In this document: positions 20,179 through 32,139 of the stretch, in pieces | Layout of the letters: each line of letters begins with the position of its first letter | Position numbering within the stretch: position 1 is the stretch's first letter | Assembly: GCA_934746645.1 (NCBI GenBank) | Contig: CAKVFE010000001.1 | Coordinates: forward strand, 588,626-652,625 | Length of the DNA: 64,000 bases | Direction: 5' to 3' | DNA from: an uncultured Clostridia bacterium | Lineage (GTDB): Bacteria > Bacillota > Clostridia > Christensenellales > UBA1242 | Translations under genes and position numbers: made by a program | The notes under the pieces: generated by a model | Databases searched by the model: none | What the model saw: the letters and a program-made list of their open reading frames with translations, nothing else | Told to the model about the DNA's origin: nothing

Positions 20179-20278
20179 TACTTGCTGATTATATACGGCA
20201 AGTACCTTTAACTATGCCGTTATAGAAGTTACTATATTTTGTATTTTTATCAACGGCGTCTTGCCGTTGATTTTTTTT
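20179..20278 (+). promoter_or_regulatory. candidate transcription attenuator (alternative hairpins S0-S4)
   Basis: Segments: S0 TACTTGC 20179-85, S1 ACGGCAAGTA 20195-204, S2 TGCCGTT 20215-21, S3 AACGGC 20252-57, S4 CTTGCCGTTGAT 20260-71. The pairings S0:S1, S1:S2, S2:S3 (or S1:S4) and S3:S4 are mutually exclusive. Confidence 0.5.
20249..20278 (+). terminator. intrinsic terminator inside the 5' leader of the M20/hisS operon
   Basis: ATCAACGGC (20249-57) / GCCGTTGAT (20263-71), loop gtctt, then T8 at 20271-20278. Lies 96 nt upstream of the next start codon. Confidence 0.8.
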
Positions 20279-20373
20279 GATTTAGAAAATCCAACAATAT
20301 TGATTTTAATATTTTAACCCAGATTAATTAACGGCAACAAAAATATTAATAAATTAAAAAAAGGAAAACAAAA

Positions 20374-21462
20374 ATGGATAATCTAAATTATTTAAAAGAC
20401 TTAGTCAAAATAAAATCATACGACACTAAAACATCAAATAAACAAATAACCGAATATATAACCAACATATTTAAGTTAAACAATATTCCATACCAACTTC
20501 TTCGCAATCCAGACGGAATACTATCTAGCATAGTTGCTGGTATCAATAATAACTTAAATAATGTCAATGACGCTATAATACTTTCAGGACACATTGACAC
20601 AGTTGCTCCCAACAATTTGTGGGACACTGACCCTAATACCATAAAGATAGATGGTGACATAGCTTATGGTCTAGGCATAATAGATATGAAAGCTTTTACA
20701 TCTACTATCTTAAACAACATTGACAATCTTAAAAAATTGCAAAAGCCAATAATTATAGCTTTAAGTTGTGATGAAGAAACAGATATGTATGGTATAAAAG
20801 AGATTGTAAAATACTTTAAGCAAAACAACATCAATGGCAAATATGCTATCATTGGCGAACCAAGCAATAGTTGTCCAGTGGTGGGAAGTAAAGGATTTTT
20901 TGAATCCGAAATAACTATCACCGGCAAATCTTGTCACTCAAGTATGCCCTTTAACGGAACTAATGCAATATATATTGCTTCAAAAATTGTCGCAAAACTT
21001 GAAGAATTGTCGTTGCAGATTGGTAAAGACACTCTAAATGTTGGTATTATTAATGGTGGAACAGTGTGCAATATTGTTCCGGATAAATGCACTATTAGAT
21101 ACGAAATTCGCACTTTTTCCACAAAAACTTTAGACTTTATCAACAACCAATTAAATAAATTGTTTATTGATTTGGAAAAAAACTATATTGGTTGTACAAT
21201 TAATTGTAATTTGGTTTTTAGCATACCACCTTTTCAAGAAAAGATAGATGACACTACCAATAAAATAATTGAGTATTTACAACAACCAACATCTATATAC
21301 GGAGCGTCAACCGAAGCTGGGTATTTTCAAGAATTGGGTATGGGTGCTATAATTTGGGGAGTGGGAGATTTAAAATATGCTCACAAACCTAACGAGCAAA
21401 TGTCTATATCCGAATATAACGAGTATCAAAACAAATTTTTAGAGATATTAAAAATACTATAA
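20374..21462 (+). CDS. M20-family metallopeptidase/deacylase (ArgE/DapE-like)
   Basis: 'LSGHIDTVAP..W..DP', 'AYGLGIIDMKAF' and 'LSCDEETDMYG' are the metal-ligand motifs of the M20 family. Confidence 0.8.
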   Translation: MDNLNYLKDLVKIKSYDTKTSNKQITEYITNIFKLNNIPYQLLRNPDGILSSIVAGINNNLNNVNDAIILSGHIDTVAPNNLWDTDPNTIKIDGDIAYGLGIIDMKAFTSTILNNIDNLKKLQKPIIIALSCDEETDMYGIKEIVKYFKQNNINGKYAIIGEPSNSCPVVGSKGFFESEITITGKSCHSSMPFNGTNAIYIASKIVAKLEELSLQIGKDTLNVGIINGGTVCNIVPDKCTIRYEIRTFSTKTLDFINNQLNKLFIDLEKNYIGCTINCNLVFSIPPFQEKIDDTTNKIIEYLQQPTSIYGASTEAGYFQELGMGAIIWGVGDLKYAHKPNEQMSISEYNEYQNKFLEILKIL

Positions 21463-21478
21463 ACAGGAGAATATAAAA

Positions 21479-22813
21479 ATGAGTATTATCGAACCAAAAA
21501 CTCTACCGGGTACAATGGAACTATTACCTAAAGAGCAAATATTATTTAATGAAATAAAATCTAAAATACAAAATGTATATGAGTCTTTTGGATTTTTGCC
21601 ATTGGATACACCTATCATTGAAAAATCAGATGTTCTTTTAGCCAAAGCTGGTGGCGAAACCGAAAAGCAAATATACAGATTTACTAAAGGCGACAACGAC
21701 ATTTGTTTGCGTTTTGACCTTACTGTTCCTTTAGCAAAATATGTTGCTGCCAATATAAACGAATTGGAATTTCCTTTTAAAAGATATCAAATAGGAAAAG
21801 TATATCGTGGAGAAAAACCACAAAAAGGCAGATACAGAGAATTTTATCAATGCGACATTGACACTATTGGTAAAGACACATTGTCTATTAAAAATGACGC
21901 CGAATACCCTGCCGTAATCTATTCTATATTTAAAAGTTTAGACTTTGGCGATTTTACTATTATGCTAAACAATAGAAAAATCATCAATGGGTTGTTTGAA
22001 GAACTTAACCTATCTAGTCAAAAAGAAGACATTATGCGTCTTATAGACAAATTTGACAAAATGGGAAAAGACAATGTTGTGGCTTGCCTATTAGATGATT
22101 ACAAACTTGACCAAAATACTTGCGATAGACTTATCAACTTTTTAACATTTGAAGGTACTACTGATGAAAAACTAGATATGCTAAAGAATGCTGGTTTTTC
22201 AAGTGAAATATACAACACTGGTGTTAGCGAGCTAGAAGAAGTTATAAAATGTGTAAGACTTCAAGGTGTACCAGACAAGTACTTCAAAATCAAACTAACT
22301 ATTGTTAGAGGTTTGGACTACTACACAGGTACTGTATACGAAACAATCCTTAACGATTATCCTAACTTAGGTAGCGTTTGTGGTGGTGGAAGATACGACA
22401 ACCTTGCAGGTTTTTATACCGAACAAAAACTTCCAGGGGTTGGTATAGCTATTGGTATCACTAGACTATTCTATCAACTATGTGAAAACAATCTTATCAA
22501 AGCATCAAAATCTAGCATTGCCGAAGTATTGGTATTGCCTATGGACGACAACGCTATTGAAAAAGGTTATGCTGTAGCAAGCAAGTTAAGACTTAGTGGT
22601 ATACCTTGTCAGTTGTATTTAGAAGACAAAAAGTTTAAAAACAAAATCAACTATGCTGACAAATTAAAAATACCTTATGTAGTAATTATTGGCGAAGACG
22701 AAGTAAACAACAACTATGTTACTTTAAAAGATATGTTTAACTTTAGCCAAGAAAAAGTAGAAGACTTAAAACTTGTAGATACAGTTAAAGAAAAGATAAA
22801 CAACTCAAAATAA
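21479..22813 (+). CDS. hisS: histidine--tRNA ligase
   Basis: 'LRFDLTVPLAKYVA' (motif 2 region), 'YRGEKPQKGRYREFYQCD' and 'CGGGRYDNL' (HisRS signature), plus a C-terminal anticodon-binding domain. Lies 16 nt after the M20 gene. Confidence 0.9.
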   Translation: MSIIEPKTLPGTMELLPKEQILFNEIKSKIQNVYESFGFLPLDTPIIEKSDVLLAKAGGETEKQIYRFTKGDNDICLRFDLTVPLAKYVAANINELEFPFKRYQIGKVYRGEKPQKGRYREFYQCDIDTIGKDTLSIKNDAEYPAVIYSIFKSLDFGDFTIMLNNRKIINGLFEELNLSSQKEDIMRLIDKFDKMGKDNVVACLLDDYKLDQNTCDRLINFLTFEGTTDEKLDMLKNAGFSSEIYNTGVSELEEVIKCVRLQGVPDKYFKIKLTIVRGLDYYTGTVYETILNDYPNLGSVCGGGRYDNLAGFYTEQKLPGVGIAIGITRLFYQLCENNLIKASKSSIAEVLVLPMDDNAIEKGYAVASKLRLSGIPCQLYLEDKKFKNKINYADKLKIPYVVIIGEDEVNNNYVTLKDMFNFSQEKVEDLKLVDTVKEKINNSK

Positions 22814-22919
22814 ATTCAATATCTGCTTATGCTAAAAAATAATTGTTTTTTTAGCGTAAGTGTGTATTGACTTAGATACAATCATTGTGATATTCTTATG
22901 GGTAATAGAGGTTAAAATT

Positions 22920-23594
22920 ATGTTGTGGATAGATAAAAACTCCCTAATGAAATTAAACATTGCCAAAAATAATGAAAAAGAAGTTTTGGTAGAAATGGTA
23001 AACAGTTATGGTGAAACTGGTACTGTAAAAGGTGTTATGGTAAATAACCCAAAATTTAGAATTGTTGATAGTTTTGATTTGGTTTTGAAAGCACCAAATG
23101 GTAAAGATATCAGACTAGATATATTGCTAGATAGACCTAGTGATAAATTTAATACATTTTGTGCACTTAATGTAAAAGATGTAGCTACCAACGATACTTT
23201 ATACGAAAATGTCAACAGAGAAGTTTTGCTTACATCAAACTTTAAAAACTTTAATCGTAATGACGAGAAAAATAAAGAATGGCTTAATGACGAAGGCACA
23301 AAATTTATGCTAAACAATATAGGTCAATATGTAGAATTTACACCTTCTAAAGAAAGTATTGAGCGTGGATACAGACCAGTAAAAGGAATACTTAAATGCT
23401 CTTACAACGCCACTATGGGAAACAACTCAAAAATAATACAAATATTAATGGACGGTAACCCAAGCAATACTATATCTCATATAAGACTACCTAAAGAATA
23501 CACAATGACAGCAACTTCTTTTGTAACTGGCAAAACAGATTCTATCAATTATGTTTCTAAAGAAAAAGAAGTTGAAGACCAATTTGTTAGATAA
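22920..23594 (+). CDS. hypothetical protein (224 aa)
   Basis: Start moved to 'MLWIDKNSL' after 'agaggt'. No recognised motif. Confidence 0.55.
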   Translation: MLWIDKNSLMKLNIAKNNEKEVLVEMVNSYGETGTVKGVMVNNPKFRIVDSFDLVLKAPNGKDIRLDILLDRPSDKFNTFCALNVKDVATNDTLYENVNREVLLTSNFKNFNRNDEKNKEWLNDEGTKFMLNNIGQYVEFTPSKESIERGYRPVKGILKCSYNATMGNNSKIIQILMDGNPSNTISHIRLPKEYTMTATSFVTGKTDSINYVSKEKEVEDQFVR

Positions 23595-23889
23595 CAAACT
23601 AAAACAACAATGTAATTATTCATTGTTGTTTTTTTATTAATTTTAAGTTGATATTGTTTAGATTGAAGTTTCTTAATACTTTAAAGTTTAGATATTTAGA
23701 TTGAAAATTGTTTAGACTTTATATTATTTTTAATTATTTAATTTTTGCAATTTGTTTTTAGTTTAACTTCAATATTTAACTTAGAAAAAAATATAGAAAT
23801 TATGCCATCTTATCAATATTTTACTTTAACCTATTTATTTTTACTTTTTATATATTTATGTTATACTCTTGTTATTGAAGGAGTGTTGT

Positions 23890-24378
23890 ATGGAATATTT
23901 AGGAATTTATGATAAAAGTGGTCAATACACCGGAAGAAAAATCGAGCGTGGCGACAAAAATTTAAAAGCAGACGAATATATCAAACTTACTGTTATCTGG
24001 GTAAAAGCTAAAGACAAATTTTTAATCCAAAAAGCAAGTAGAGAAAAAGGTAGTGACTATTGTGTAACTGGTGGTCATGTAACTGACGGAAACAATAGTT
24101 TTGAACAAGCATTATTGGAGTTTAAGGAAGAAATGGGATTTACACTTAATCCACAAAAGCTTAAACCATTGGGGAGCATATTCCTAAATCAAGGTATTTT
24201 TGATGTCTATATGTATGAAGATGATGATATGATTAATGCCAAATTTAACTATCAAGCTATTGAAGTAGAAGATAGTGTATGGCTAACTAAAAAAGAAATT
24301 GAAAAACTTATTAAAAAAGGTACTTTTAGAAAAAGTTCTGAAAGACATTATAACACTTTTATAAAATACAATTTTTAG
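23890..24378 (+). CDS. Nudix hydrolase
   Basis: Start 'MEYLGIYD' after SD 'aaggag'. Nudix-box-like 'GGHVTDGNNSFEQALLEFKEEMGF'. Confidence 0.7.
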   Translation: MEYLGIYDKSGQYTGRKIERGDKNLKADEYIKLTVIWVKAKDKFLIQKASREKGSDYCVTGGHVTDGNNSFEQALLEFKEEMGFTLNPQKLKPLGSIFLNQGIFDVYMYEDDDMINAKFNYQAIEVEDSVWLTKKEIEKLIKKGTFRKSSERHYNTFIKYNF

Positions 24379-24452
24379 TTTTTTAATAATCACATAATAA
24401 GATATACAAACAACCATAACAATGATTGTATTTATAAATTAAGGAGTCAACT

Positions 24453-25220
24453 ATGTACAAAAAGCCTCAGGTTATATTTGAAGTAAAAAGTTTGGCTGAT
24501 ACCATCAATATTATGACTTCATTTTTTGAAGATGATAGCACTATAGAAGGAAGATTTGCTACTGCCCTTGCCCAAAATTTTAATATAGATATATCTACAT
24601 TAAAAGGCAAAAGCAAACTTGGCAAAATGAAAGTTGTAAAAGAATGTATAACTCCAATTTACAACGACAATCTATTGGCTATGCAAGAAAAAGTAAAAGA
24701 ATTGGAAGACTACTGGAATCAAAATTCCAACCTTGTATGTACCGAATTGGAAAAGATATTCCGTATCAAATTTCAAGGCACAGAGTACTATACTGCGTAT
24801 GTCAATATCAATACAGTCTGCCCTAGATATCTAAATGACCAATCTTTTGATGTCAATTTTCGCAATAGCAAAGAAGATGTTTTAAGTACTTGCATACACG
24901 AACTTATACATTTTTACTGGTTTATAATTTGGAAAGAAAACTATCCAGAATGTCCAACAGAAAATTTTGAAGCTCCACACACAGAGTGGTTGTTGTCTGA
25001 GATAGCTATTGACCCTATAGTTTACTTTAGCGAATTTAGAAATATAATGCGTGAAAAACCTGCATACAATTATTTTTATGATACAAAAATTTGGGATACC
25101 GAAAACCTAATAGATGTATTTAGAAAACTTTATAAGTCAAATACTTTAGACAACTTTATGGATAGAGGACTAAAACTTCTTAACAATAATCCAGAGTTGG
25201 TAAAAGAGCTTGCAAAATAG
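24453..25220 (+). CDS. hypothetical protein with HExxH motif (possible zinc metallopeptidase)
   Basis: SD 'aaggag'. 'STCIHELIHFYW' is a candidate HExxH zinc site. Otherwise unrecognised. Confidence 0.5.
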   Translation: MYKKPQVIFEVKSLADTINIMTSFFEDDSTIEGRFATALAQNFNIDISTLKGKSKLGKMKVVKECITPIYNDNLLAMQEKVKELEDYWNQNSNLVCTELEKIFRIKFQGTEYYTAYVNINTVCPRYLNDQSFDVNFRNSKEDVLSTCIHELIHFYWFIIWKENYPECPTENFEAPHTEWLLSEIAIDPIVYFSEFRNIMREKPAYNYFYDTKIWDTENLIDVFRKLYKSNTLDNFMDRGLKLLNNNPELVKELAK

Positions 25221-25422
25221 ATATATAGACACAATCTATATATCTTTTTTTATTCCCATTTTTTCTTATATCTATTTTTAGTATTTATATTTTTTTTAAT
25301 ATTTGGTATTTATATTTTTAGTTTAATTATTTTTTATTGTTGTTTTTTTAAGTTTATTGATATTTGTGTTTTATATGTTAATTTTTTATATACTTAATTA
25401 TAGATGTTTGAGATTTTAATTT

Positions 25423-26004
25423 TTATTTTTTGTTATCAGTTTTGGAATAATCAACAGCATTATTTTTAGAGCAATCAACAAAACTAAAGTTTTTGTTAAA
25501 CTTTACATAATACCCAAGTCCAACTACTATATCTTTTTTGCAAAATACATAATCAGTCTTTGTCTTGTTGTCTTCAATATAACTTATCTTATAAAAGTTG
25601 TAACCAAAGATATTGAGAAAAGGATTGATATAAAACAACTGGTTTTTGATATACACAATACCTATCATAACAATAATAAACACAAAGACTACTGCCATAT
25701 TGACTTTAGACAAATCAAAAGATACAGCCGACAAAACAAACAAAGAAAAGTACCCTAAAAAGTGTTGGTCTGTGATATTGTTACTTTCTACAATAGTCAC
25801 ATAAGTACTTTTTAGTTGGTCGTCATATATTATTTTAAATGTTCCAAAACTACCCACAATAATAACAATTATTAACAAGATAAAAAATGTCGTATTAAGG
25901 ACATTGAAAGTTAGATTGTGATTGATTATATCCAAAACAAGTTTAACCCACAATAAAAAATACATAGGTATAAACGCCGACAAAAATAAAAATATCTTTT
26001 TCAT
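25423..26004 (-). CDS. integral membrane protein (hypothetical)
   Basis: Four hydrophobic spans followed by a soluble C-terminal ~70 aa. Confidence 0.55.
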   Translation of the reverse strand: MKKIFLFLSAFIPMYFLLWVKLVLDIINHNLTFNVLNTTFFILLIIVIIVGSFGTFKIIYDDQLKSTYVTIVESNNITDQHFLGYFSLFVLSAVSFDLSKVNMAVVFVFIIVMIGIVYIKNQLFYINPFLNIFGYNFYKISYIEDNKTKTDYVFCKKDIVVGLGYYVKFNKNFSFVDCSKNNAVDYSKTDNKK

Positions 26005-26214
26005 ATTTAAGTATTTACCAATATTGGAAGACTATTCCTAAGGTAAAAATTTTTGCTTCGATTTTAAAATTTGACTGTGACAAAATCAAAAAATTTTGAT
26101 AAAATATTAATGTTAAAATTATGTATTTAACAAAAAAAATAAAAGTTAATATACAGCGTGTTTTTGGAATCTCCAATGTAAGTCCTGTTGTAGACTAACT
26201 ATAAGGAGTACATT

Positions 26215-26487
26215 ATGAGAAGCAATTTTAATCCAACTAAAGAAATAGAAACTATACCAATAAGCACAATCAAAAACGATATTAAAAGCAACATTGGTAA
26301 AAACATAACTATTTACGAAATAAACAAAAACACTAAAAAATCTACCAACACATATACCGGAACAATACTTAATGTATACAACAACTTTTTTGATATATCT
26401 ATGATTATTAACAATAGTCGTATTGAGAAAAGTTTCAATTATTCTGGATTTTCTGTAGGGTTATTAAGATACGATATTACAGATTAA
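26215..26487 (+). CDS. veg: Veg-like small protein (DUF1021)
   Basis: SD 'aaggag'. 'ISTIKNDIKSNIGKNITIY..(K)..YTGTILNVYNNFFDIS....RIEKSFNYSGFSVG' is collinear with B. subtilis Veg (L..IK..L..N.GK...L.....G.L...Y...F.I.....ER.S.SY.D). Confidence 0.55.
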   Translation: MRSNFNPTKEIETIPISTIKNDIKSNIGKNITIYEINKNTKKSTNTYTGTILNVYNNFFDISMIINNSRIEKSFNYSGFSVGLLRYDITD

Positions 26488-26695
26488 ACAAAAATTTTTA
26501 GTCCAGCATATAGGTACAACCAATATCAATTTATTATTATTTATTAAACTAAGCATTATTTAAGTTGTGTATCTATAAAAGTCTATAAAAAATGAAAAAA
26601 ATTAATTAATTGTTTAATTATTAAATTATTAAAATAAAGTATTAAGACTTATACTTTAGAATTAAATTAATTAAATATTAATGTAAGATTAAAAC

Positions 26696-26735
26696 AAAAA
26701 AAGTTACTATCTTTCAATAGTAACTTTTTTATTTT
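26696..26735. terminator. bidirectional intrinsic terminator (veg-like / gyrBA)
   Basis: 10-bp perfect stem AAGTTACTAT (26701-10) / ATAGTAACTT (26717-26), with an A-run upstream and a T-run downstream. Confidence 0.8.
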
Positions 26736-26954
26736 TAATCATAAAAACTTATTTATAATTAACAACTTAAATTAAAAACTTAAAATAATTAATCAAATAT
26801 AAACTATGTGATGTTGATTTACTCACTATGTTCGTAAATCAAGTTGCTAATCGCAATTCCACGATAAATCGTGGCATCACAGTTTGAATAAACATCAGTT
26901 ATACGAAAATATTGCTTTGCACTGCTTTCGTCTAACTTCCGATAATATTAATTA

Positions 26955-29588
26955 TTAAATTTCGTCATTGTTGTCTTCGGTGTTTTCACTGCTTTCAGCG
27001 TCAACTTCTGTGTCCATATCTAAATCTGCATTTTCTTCTAATGCAGGTGCTGGAGCAACTGGAGTTTCTTCCAAACTTTCAGCCAATTCTTCTTCAGCTT
27101 CTTCGCTAGGAGTTACAGCAACACAAACTATCTTAGCGTCATCTTTTAGACTCATTACTTTAACACCTTTTGTGTTACGACCAATAATGCTTATTTCGCT
27201 TGCTTTGATACGAATAATTGTACCATCATCAGCAATCATCATTACATCGTCTTTATCAGTAACTTGTTTTAGATTTACTAGGTTGCCAGTTTGTTCGTTA
27301 AATACGCCTGCTTTAATACCTTTACCTGCTCTACCTTGTACTCTATAGTCGTCTTGACTAGAACGCTTACCATATCCTTTTTCAGATATAGTCAACATAT
27401 AAGCACCCATCTTAATAACAGACATATCAACTACATATTCGTTTTCGTCTAAGCTTATAGACTTAACACCTTGAGTATCACGACCCATAATACGAACAGC
27501 ACGCTCGTTAAATCTTATACATTTACCAGTGCTACTTGCAATAATAATTTCGTCATTGCCGTGTGTAATATATACACTAATCAATTCGTCATTTTCAAGT
27601 AGTTTGATAGCAATCTTACCACCCTTTCTAATACTATCAAATTCGGAAATATTGGTTTTCTTAATTAGGCCTTGTTTTGTAGCCATAACTAGATATCCAA
27701 TAGTATCTGGTTTAACTGGAATAATTGTTGTTATACGCTCTTCTGGACTTAGTTGAAGTAGATTGATTATTGCTCTACCTTTACTTGTTCTTGGAGCTTC
27801 TGGAACTTCGTAACCTTTAATACGATATACTCTACCAAAACTACTAAAGCATAGTAAGTCATCATGAGTAGATGTAGTAAATATGTTTTCTACAAAGTCT
27901 TCTTCTTTAGTGGTATGAGCTATTATACCTTTACCACCACGATGTTGACTCTTGTATTCGGATACAGGCATACGCTTAATATATCCACCGTGAGTTAAAC
28001 TAATAACAACTTCTTGTTCTTCGATTAAGTCAGCAATATCTATATCACCAAAGTCTGTACTAATCTCAGATTTTCTTGGTTCGCCATATTTTTGTTTGAT
28101 TGTAAGCAAGTCTGTCTTAATAATGTTAAGTAGTTTGTCCTTATTGGCAAGTATACTTTGTAACTCAGCAATTAGTGCGTGAACATCAGCCAAATCTTGT
28201 TTAAGTTTTTCAACTTCTAGACCTGTCAATCTTTGCAATCTCATTTCTAGTATTGCAACAGCTTGTTTTTCAGTAAGCAAGAATCTTTCCATCAATTTGG
28301 TTTGAGCTTCTACTTTATCATTACTTTCTTTGATAGTCTTTATTACTTCGTCAATATTAGCTTGAGCAATCATAAGACCTTCTAAGATATGTGCTTTAGC
28401 AAGTGCTTTATCTAGGTCGAACTCAGTTCTTCTAGTAATAACTTCTTCTTGGAACAACAAGTAGTTTTGAAGTATTTCTTTTAAGTTAAGTATTTTTGGT
28501 GCATTGTTGACCAACGCCAAATTGATAACACCAAAACTTACTTGCAACTGACTATGTTTGTACAATGTGTTAAGTACAACTTGTGGGTTGGCATCTCTCT
28601 TTACATCAATAACAATACGAAGACCTTGTCTATCACTTTCTTCTTTGATATCACTAATACCATCAATACGCTTATTTTTTACTAAGTCAGCAATTTGCAT
28701 AATAAGTTTTGACTTATTAACTTGATAAGGTATTTCGGTAACAACAATACGATGTCTTGTACCATTGTTAAATTCTTCAATCTCACATTTACTTCTGATT
28801 ATAAATGTTCCTCTACCAGTACGGTATGCTTGGCGTATACCACTACGACCCATAATGATACCACGAGTAGGAAAATCTGGTGCAGGTATAATCTTAATAA
28901 GGTCATCAATATCCATATCTGGATTATCAATAAGTGCTACACAACCATCAATAACTTCACTTAAATTGTGAGGTGGAATATTGGTAGCCATACCAACTGC
29001 TATACCGTCACTACCATTAACTAACAAGTTAGGGAATCTAGCTGGCAATACACTTGGTTGAACTTCACTATCATCAAAGTTAGGGATAAAGTCAACTGTG
29101 TTTTTGTCTATATCAGCCAGCATTTCAGATGCAACTTTACTTAGTCTTGCTTCAGTATAACGCATTGCTGCTGGAGGGTCACCGTCCACAGAACCAAAGT
29201 TTCCGTGTCCGTCAACAAGTGGAGCATTAATAGTAAAGTCTTGTGCAAGTCTTACCAAAGCATCATATACAGCTGTGTCGCCGTGTGGGTGATATTTACC
29301 AATAACATCGCCGACTATACGAGCACATTTTTTATATGCTTTATCATTAAACAAGTTAAGTTCGCCCATAGCATAAAGTATACGACGATGAACAGGTTTT
29401 AGCCCATCTCTTACATCTGGTATAGCACGGCTTACATTAACTGCCATTGCATAAGCTATAAAAGATTTTTCAAGTTCTTCCTTAACTTTAATATCCAATA
29501 TTTTTGTATTATCTATATGATTAGTTAAATTTTCATTTTCTGTATTTTGATTATTAACTATCTTATCGTTATCTTTTTCGTTTTCCAT
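26955..29588 (-). CDS. gyrA: DNA gyrase subunit A
   Basis: '[21 protein letters not shown]', 'GKYHPHGD' and active-site region '[10 protein letters not shown]', with beta-pinwheel C-terminal repeats and an acidic tail. Confidence 0.97.
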   Translation of the reverse strand: MENEKDNDKIVNNQNTENENLTNHIDNTKILDIKVKEELEKSFIAYAMAVNVSRAIPDVRDGLKPVHRRILYAMGELNLFNDKAYKKCARIVGDVIGKYHPHGDTAVYDALVRLAQDFTINAPLVDGHGNFGSVDGDPPAAMRYTEARLSKVASEMLADIDKNTVDFIPNFDDSEVQPSVLPARFPNLLVNGSDGIAVGMATNIPPHNLSEVIDGCVALIDNPDMDIDDLIKIIPAPDFPTRGIIMGRSGIRQAYRTGRGTFIIRSKCEIEEFNNGTRHRIVVTEIPYQVNKSKLIMQIADLVKNKRIDGISDIKEESDRQGLRIVIDVKRDANPQVVLNTLYKHSQLQVSFGVINLALVNNAPKILNLKEILQNYLLFQEEVITRRTEFDLDKALAKAHILEGLMIAQANIDEVIKTIKESNDKVEAQTKLMERFLLTEKQAVAILEMRLQRLTGLEVEKLKQDLADVHALIAELQSILANKDKLLNIIKTDLLTIKQKYGEPRKSEISTDFGDIDIADLIEEQEVVISLTHGGYIKRMPVSEYKSQHRGGKGIIAHTTKEEDFVENIFTTSTHDDLLCFSSFGRVYRIKGYEVPEAPRTSKGRAIINLLQLSPEERITTIIPVKPDTIGYLVMATKQGLIKKTNISEFDSIRKGGKIAIKLLENDELISVYITHGNDEIIIASSTGKCIRFNERAVRIMGRDTQGVKSISLDENEYVVDMSVIKMGAYMLTISEKGYGKRSSQDDYRVQGRAGKGIKAGVFNEQTGNLVNLKQVTDKDDVMMIADDGTIIRIKASEISIIGRNTKGVKVMSLKDDAKIVCVAVTPSEEAEEELAESLEETPVAPAPALEENADLDMDTEVDAESSENTEDNNDEI

Positions 29589-29673
29589 TACGATATTTCC
29601 TTTATATAATATTTAACTTTCTGTCAAAAACTCTCATATTTATGTCAAATAGTAATTATCTAACACCATATTG

Positions 29674-31617
<1,944 letters not shown>

Positions 31618-32139
31618 TTAAACAAAAAAATTTTTACTTCAATTTGGATTTTAACCCATTTTAAGTAAATTATCACTATATATATAATAATATATATTTA
31701 AGAATAAGTAAAGTATTTATTATAAATATATATATTATATAATATATATAACATTAAAAATGCACTGTAAAGACTTATATGTCATCAATTAATATAATTT
31801 GTTTAACTTTTTACTTTTGTGTCATACAAGCCAAAATTTAAAGTCTAGGCAATAATAGCAAATATTGGATTATGTCTGTTTTTGTAAATACAAATCACAC
31901 AACCTTTACCTTTTACCACTTGTTACTTATCAAACAAAGTTTACATTTAGAAAAAAATATATGCTACTATGTGTAACATATATTTTGGTTTGTAATGTTT
32001 TATTATTAATATTTAATTGTCGTCATTTAAGCATTAACATTTTTGTGTTAACTATTAGTTATTGATATTGGTGTATTGTCATTTAGTTGTTTACGCTTAG
32101 CTATTAATATTTTAGTATCAACATTAGTTATTAATACTT

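Noticed and set aside
20066-20373. T-box riboswitch upstream of the hisS operon (and likewise 60042-60182 upstream of argS)
   Set aside because: No T-box sequence (AGGGTGGNACCGCG-like) or specifier-loop architecture is visible. The argS leader is only ~140 nt of AT-rich DNA, and the hisS-operon leader is better explained by the leader-peptide attenuator.
26807-26881. A 75-nt three-helix structure considered as a tRNA
   Set aside because: There is no 7-nt T-loop with a TTC motif and no D-arm or anticodon-arm geometry, the helices abut without the canonical spacers, and one loop is a tetraloop. Kept only as an unknown structured-RNA candidate.
31865-32065. 66-aa ORF in the gyrB-glmS spacer
   Set aside because: No SD, low-complexity hydrophobic translation of AT-rich DNA, and no supporting context.
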